Of a stretch of 64,000 bases of DNA, positions 37,901-40,900 are shown in pieces. The stretch is from NCBI GenBank assembly GCA_964371215.1, contig CAYJKU010000001.1, forward strand, positions 63,335 to 127,334. Reading direction: 5' to 3'. Each line of letters starts with the position of its first letter. Positions within the stretch are counted from its first letter, which is position 1. Origin of the DNA: an uncultured Clostridium sp. (lineage in GTDB: Bacteria; Bacillota; Clostridia; TANB77; CAG-508). The position numbers and the translations under genes are program-made. The notes beneath the pieces are model-generated. The model saw nothing but the letters and a program-made list of their open reading frames with translations, made no database searches and had not been told where the DNA came from.

Positions 37901-40900
37901 ACAAAAGTATATGATTTACTTATTAAAAAAGTTTCTTCAGATAATACTTTAAAAGTTGTTAAAGTAAATAATGTTGAATTAACTGAAGAAAACGGAGTAT
38001 ATAGGACATATATTAAAAATAATGTAACATCAGCACCAATATATATTGAAACTAATCATTCAAATGCAAAAATTATTGTAAAAGAAACTGAATATACAAA
38101 TATTGCAACATTTACTGAAAATACAGAAACAGGATCAAATTTAGAAATAACAGTAATTGCTGAAAATGGAACAACAGTTAAATATAATTTAATTATTGAA
38201 CATGAATCAAATGATGCAAGTGAACAAAGTGTAATAGTAGATGGTCAAGAAGCTGTTAAAATTGGAGACAATACATATAGAGCAACAGTTAAAAAAGATC
38301 AAGAAACTGCAAACATTTATGTTAAAGCAGCAAATGAAAAAGCAACAGTTAAAATAAATAATAATCCTCAAATAGCAATATATGAAAATACTATTCCAGT
38401 ACAAATTACAGATAGTAAATCAATTATAGTGCCAGTAACAATTACTGCACAAGATGGAACAACAACTAATACATTTAACATTGAAATTGAGCAAATATCT
38501 AATAATGTAAATATTGAAACAATTACAGTTAATGGATCAAGTGTTACAAGTTATGATGAATCATCAAAAACATATAATATAACACTTACAGATAATTCAT
38601 TAGAAGAATCTACTGTATATATTAAAACTGAAGATGTATTATCTAAAGTTAAAATAGAACCAGGAGAGTTATCTACACATGAATTAACAAATGTTGTTGG
38701 TATACCAGATGATATTACTACTTTAATAATTACAGTAATAGCAGAAGATGGTTCAGAAGGTAAATATAATTTAATTATTAAAAAATTATCTAAAGATGCA
38801 GAAATATTAGAATTTTCATTAAATGGAAATATAATTGAGATAAGTGCAGATGGTAAATATTTAATAAATACTGTAGAAAGTGTAACATCAGGTAATATAA
38901 GAGTAGTACCAAGTAATGAATTTGCAAAAGTTACTATTGAAGGAGTTCAAAGTTCAAATGTAGGTATATTTGAAAGAACAATCAATTTACCAGATCAAAG
39001 AACTTATGAAACAAAAGTAGTGGTAACTGCAGAAGATGGAACAGTTAAAGAATATCCAGTTATTGTTACTAAGATTTCAGATGATGTAAATGTTGGTAAA
39101 TTAACAGTAAATGGAGTAACTGTAACAGATTATTATGAAGATACAAAAACATTTGAAGCATTTATAACTGCTGAAAGTACAACTGCAAGTATTGTAGTTA
39201 CACCAGGAAGTAGTTATGCTAAAGCGGGATATGCTGAATTAGAACCAGCTACAAGTATATCGTATTCAGTAAATACACCAGGGGATATTACTTCATCAGA
39301 ATTCTATATAATGGCAGAAGATGGAACAATTCAAAAATATACTATTAAAATGCAAAAAATGTCGACAGATGATTCTTTAAAAGAAGTATTTGTTGATGGT
39401 AAATTAGTATTACCAGATGAAACAGGAAATTACTATATAAATGTTGCAGAAGATTTAGAAAAATCACTTGTAAAAGTAGTTTCAATGAGTGAATATGCTA
39501 CAATTAGTATTAATTACGAAGTAGCAGAACAATCTCAAAGTATAAGAGAAACTATGTTACAAACAAAATCTACAACAGTAAATATAGTAGTAGCACCTCA
39601 ACAAGGGGCAAGTAAAACATATACATTAGTAATATATAAAGGTTCTACAAATAATAATTTAGCAAGTGTTAAAGTAGATGGAGAAAATGTAATAACATAT
39701 AATCCAGAAACTAGAACATATGAAGCATTTATTACAAATGGAGCTACAAGTTCAGCAATTGAAATATTAGCTGAAAACGAATATGCAACAATAACAGTTG
39801 GAGAAAATACTGCAAAAGGAAAATTAACATATAGTCAAGTAGTAGAAGATGCTGTAACAACAATTGGAATTGATGTAACATCAGAAGTTGGGGAAACTCA
39901 AAAATATACATTAAAATTAAAATATATTTCAATAGATAATACAATTAAATCAGTAATGGTTGATGATGTATTAATTGAAGAAGATAGATTTGATGGATAT
40001 GTAACATATGTAGTAGATACAAATGAAATTGCTAATATTAAAATAGAAGCGAATAATCAATATGCAACAATTAATATTAATGATTTAATAGAATCAGAAC
40101 AATTAGCAGAATTAGAAGTTACTTTATCAGAAGATAAAGAATTAAATGTACCATTTACAATAATTGCTCAAGATGGAACTGAAAGTGTACATACATTAAA
40201 AATAGTAAAAATATCAGATAATAATTCAATCCAAAGTGTTAAAGTAAACAATGAAGAAATAACATCTTATGATGAAGAAACTAAAACATATACAGCATAC
40301 ATAAATGAAGATATAGTAGAAGCTGAATTAGCAATAGTTGCAGCAAATAGTATGGCGAGTATAGAAATAGGAGTAAACAGCAATGTTGGAAATATAACAG
40401 AAGTTATAGAAATAACAGAAGATATGACAACTATAAATGTAAAAGTAACAGCAGAAACATCAAGAGAAGAAAATTATGTGGTAAATATAATTAGAAAATC
40501 AGGAAATGCAAATATTAGTTTAGTAGAGGTAAATGATATAGGTATAAATTCACCATATACTACTACTATCAAAAAATTAGATGAAACAGCTAAAATAAAA
40601 ATCGTAACAGAAAACGAAAATGCAAGTATTAAAGTAGGAGAAAATGAACCAGTAATAGGAACATTTGAATTAGTTGTAGACTTAGAATTAAGTCAAGAAC
40701 AAATAGTAATTCCAGTAGTAATAACTTCACAAGATGGAGTAAATGTAACAAACCATAATATAACATTAAATAGATTAAATAATGAAACAAGTATTAAGAT
40801 ATTAAATGTAGATGGAACTGAGATTACAGGAATAGATGGAGAATATGAAGCATTAGTAGTAGGAAAAGATACAGCTGAAATATATATTGAATTAACAGAT

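Noticed and set aside
11637-39944. About 30 minus-strand or alternative-frame ORFs of 60-215 aa inside the giant gene, for example 22300..22947, 26185..26595, 33727..34131, 34213..34809 and 35809..36243
   Set aside because: They lie antisense to, or out of frame within, a clearly coding and highly repetitive AT-rich gene. Their translations are low-complexity (Ile/Leu/Phe/Ser/Thr-rich mirror images of the sense codons) and none has an RBS. Spurious.
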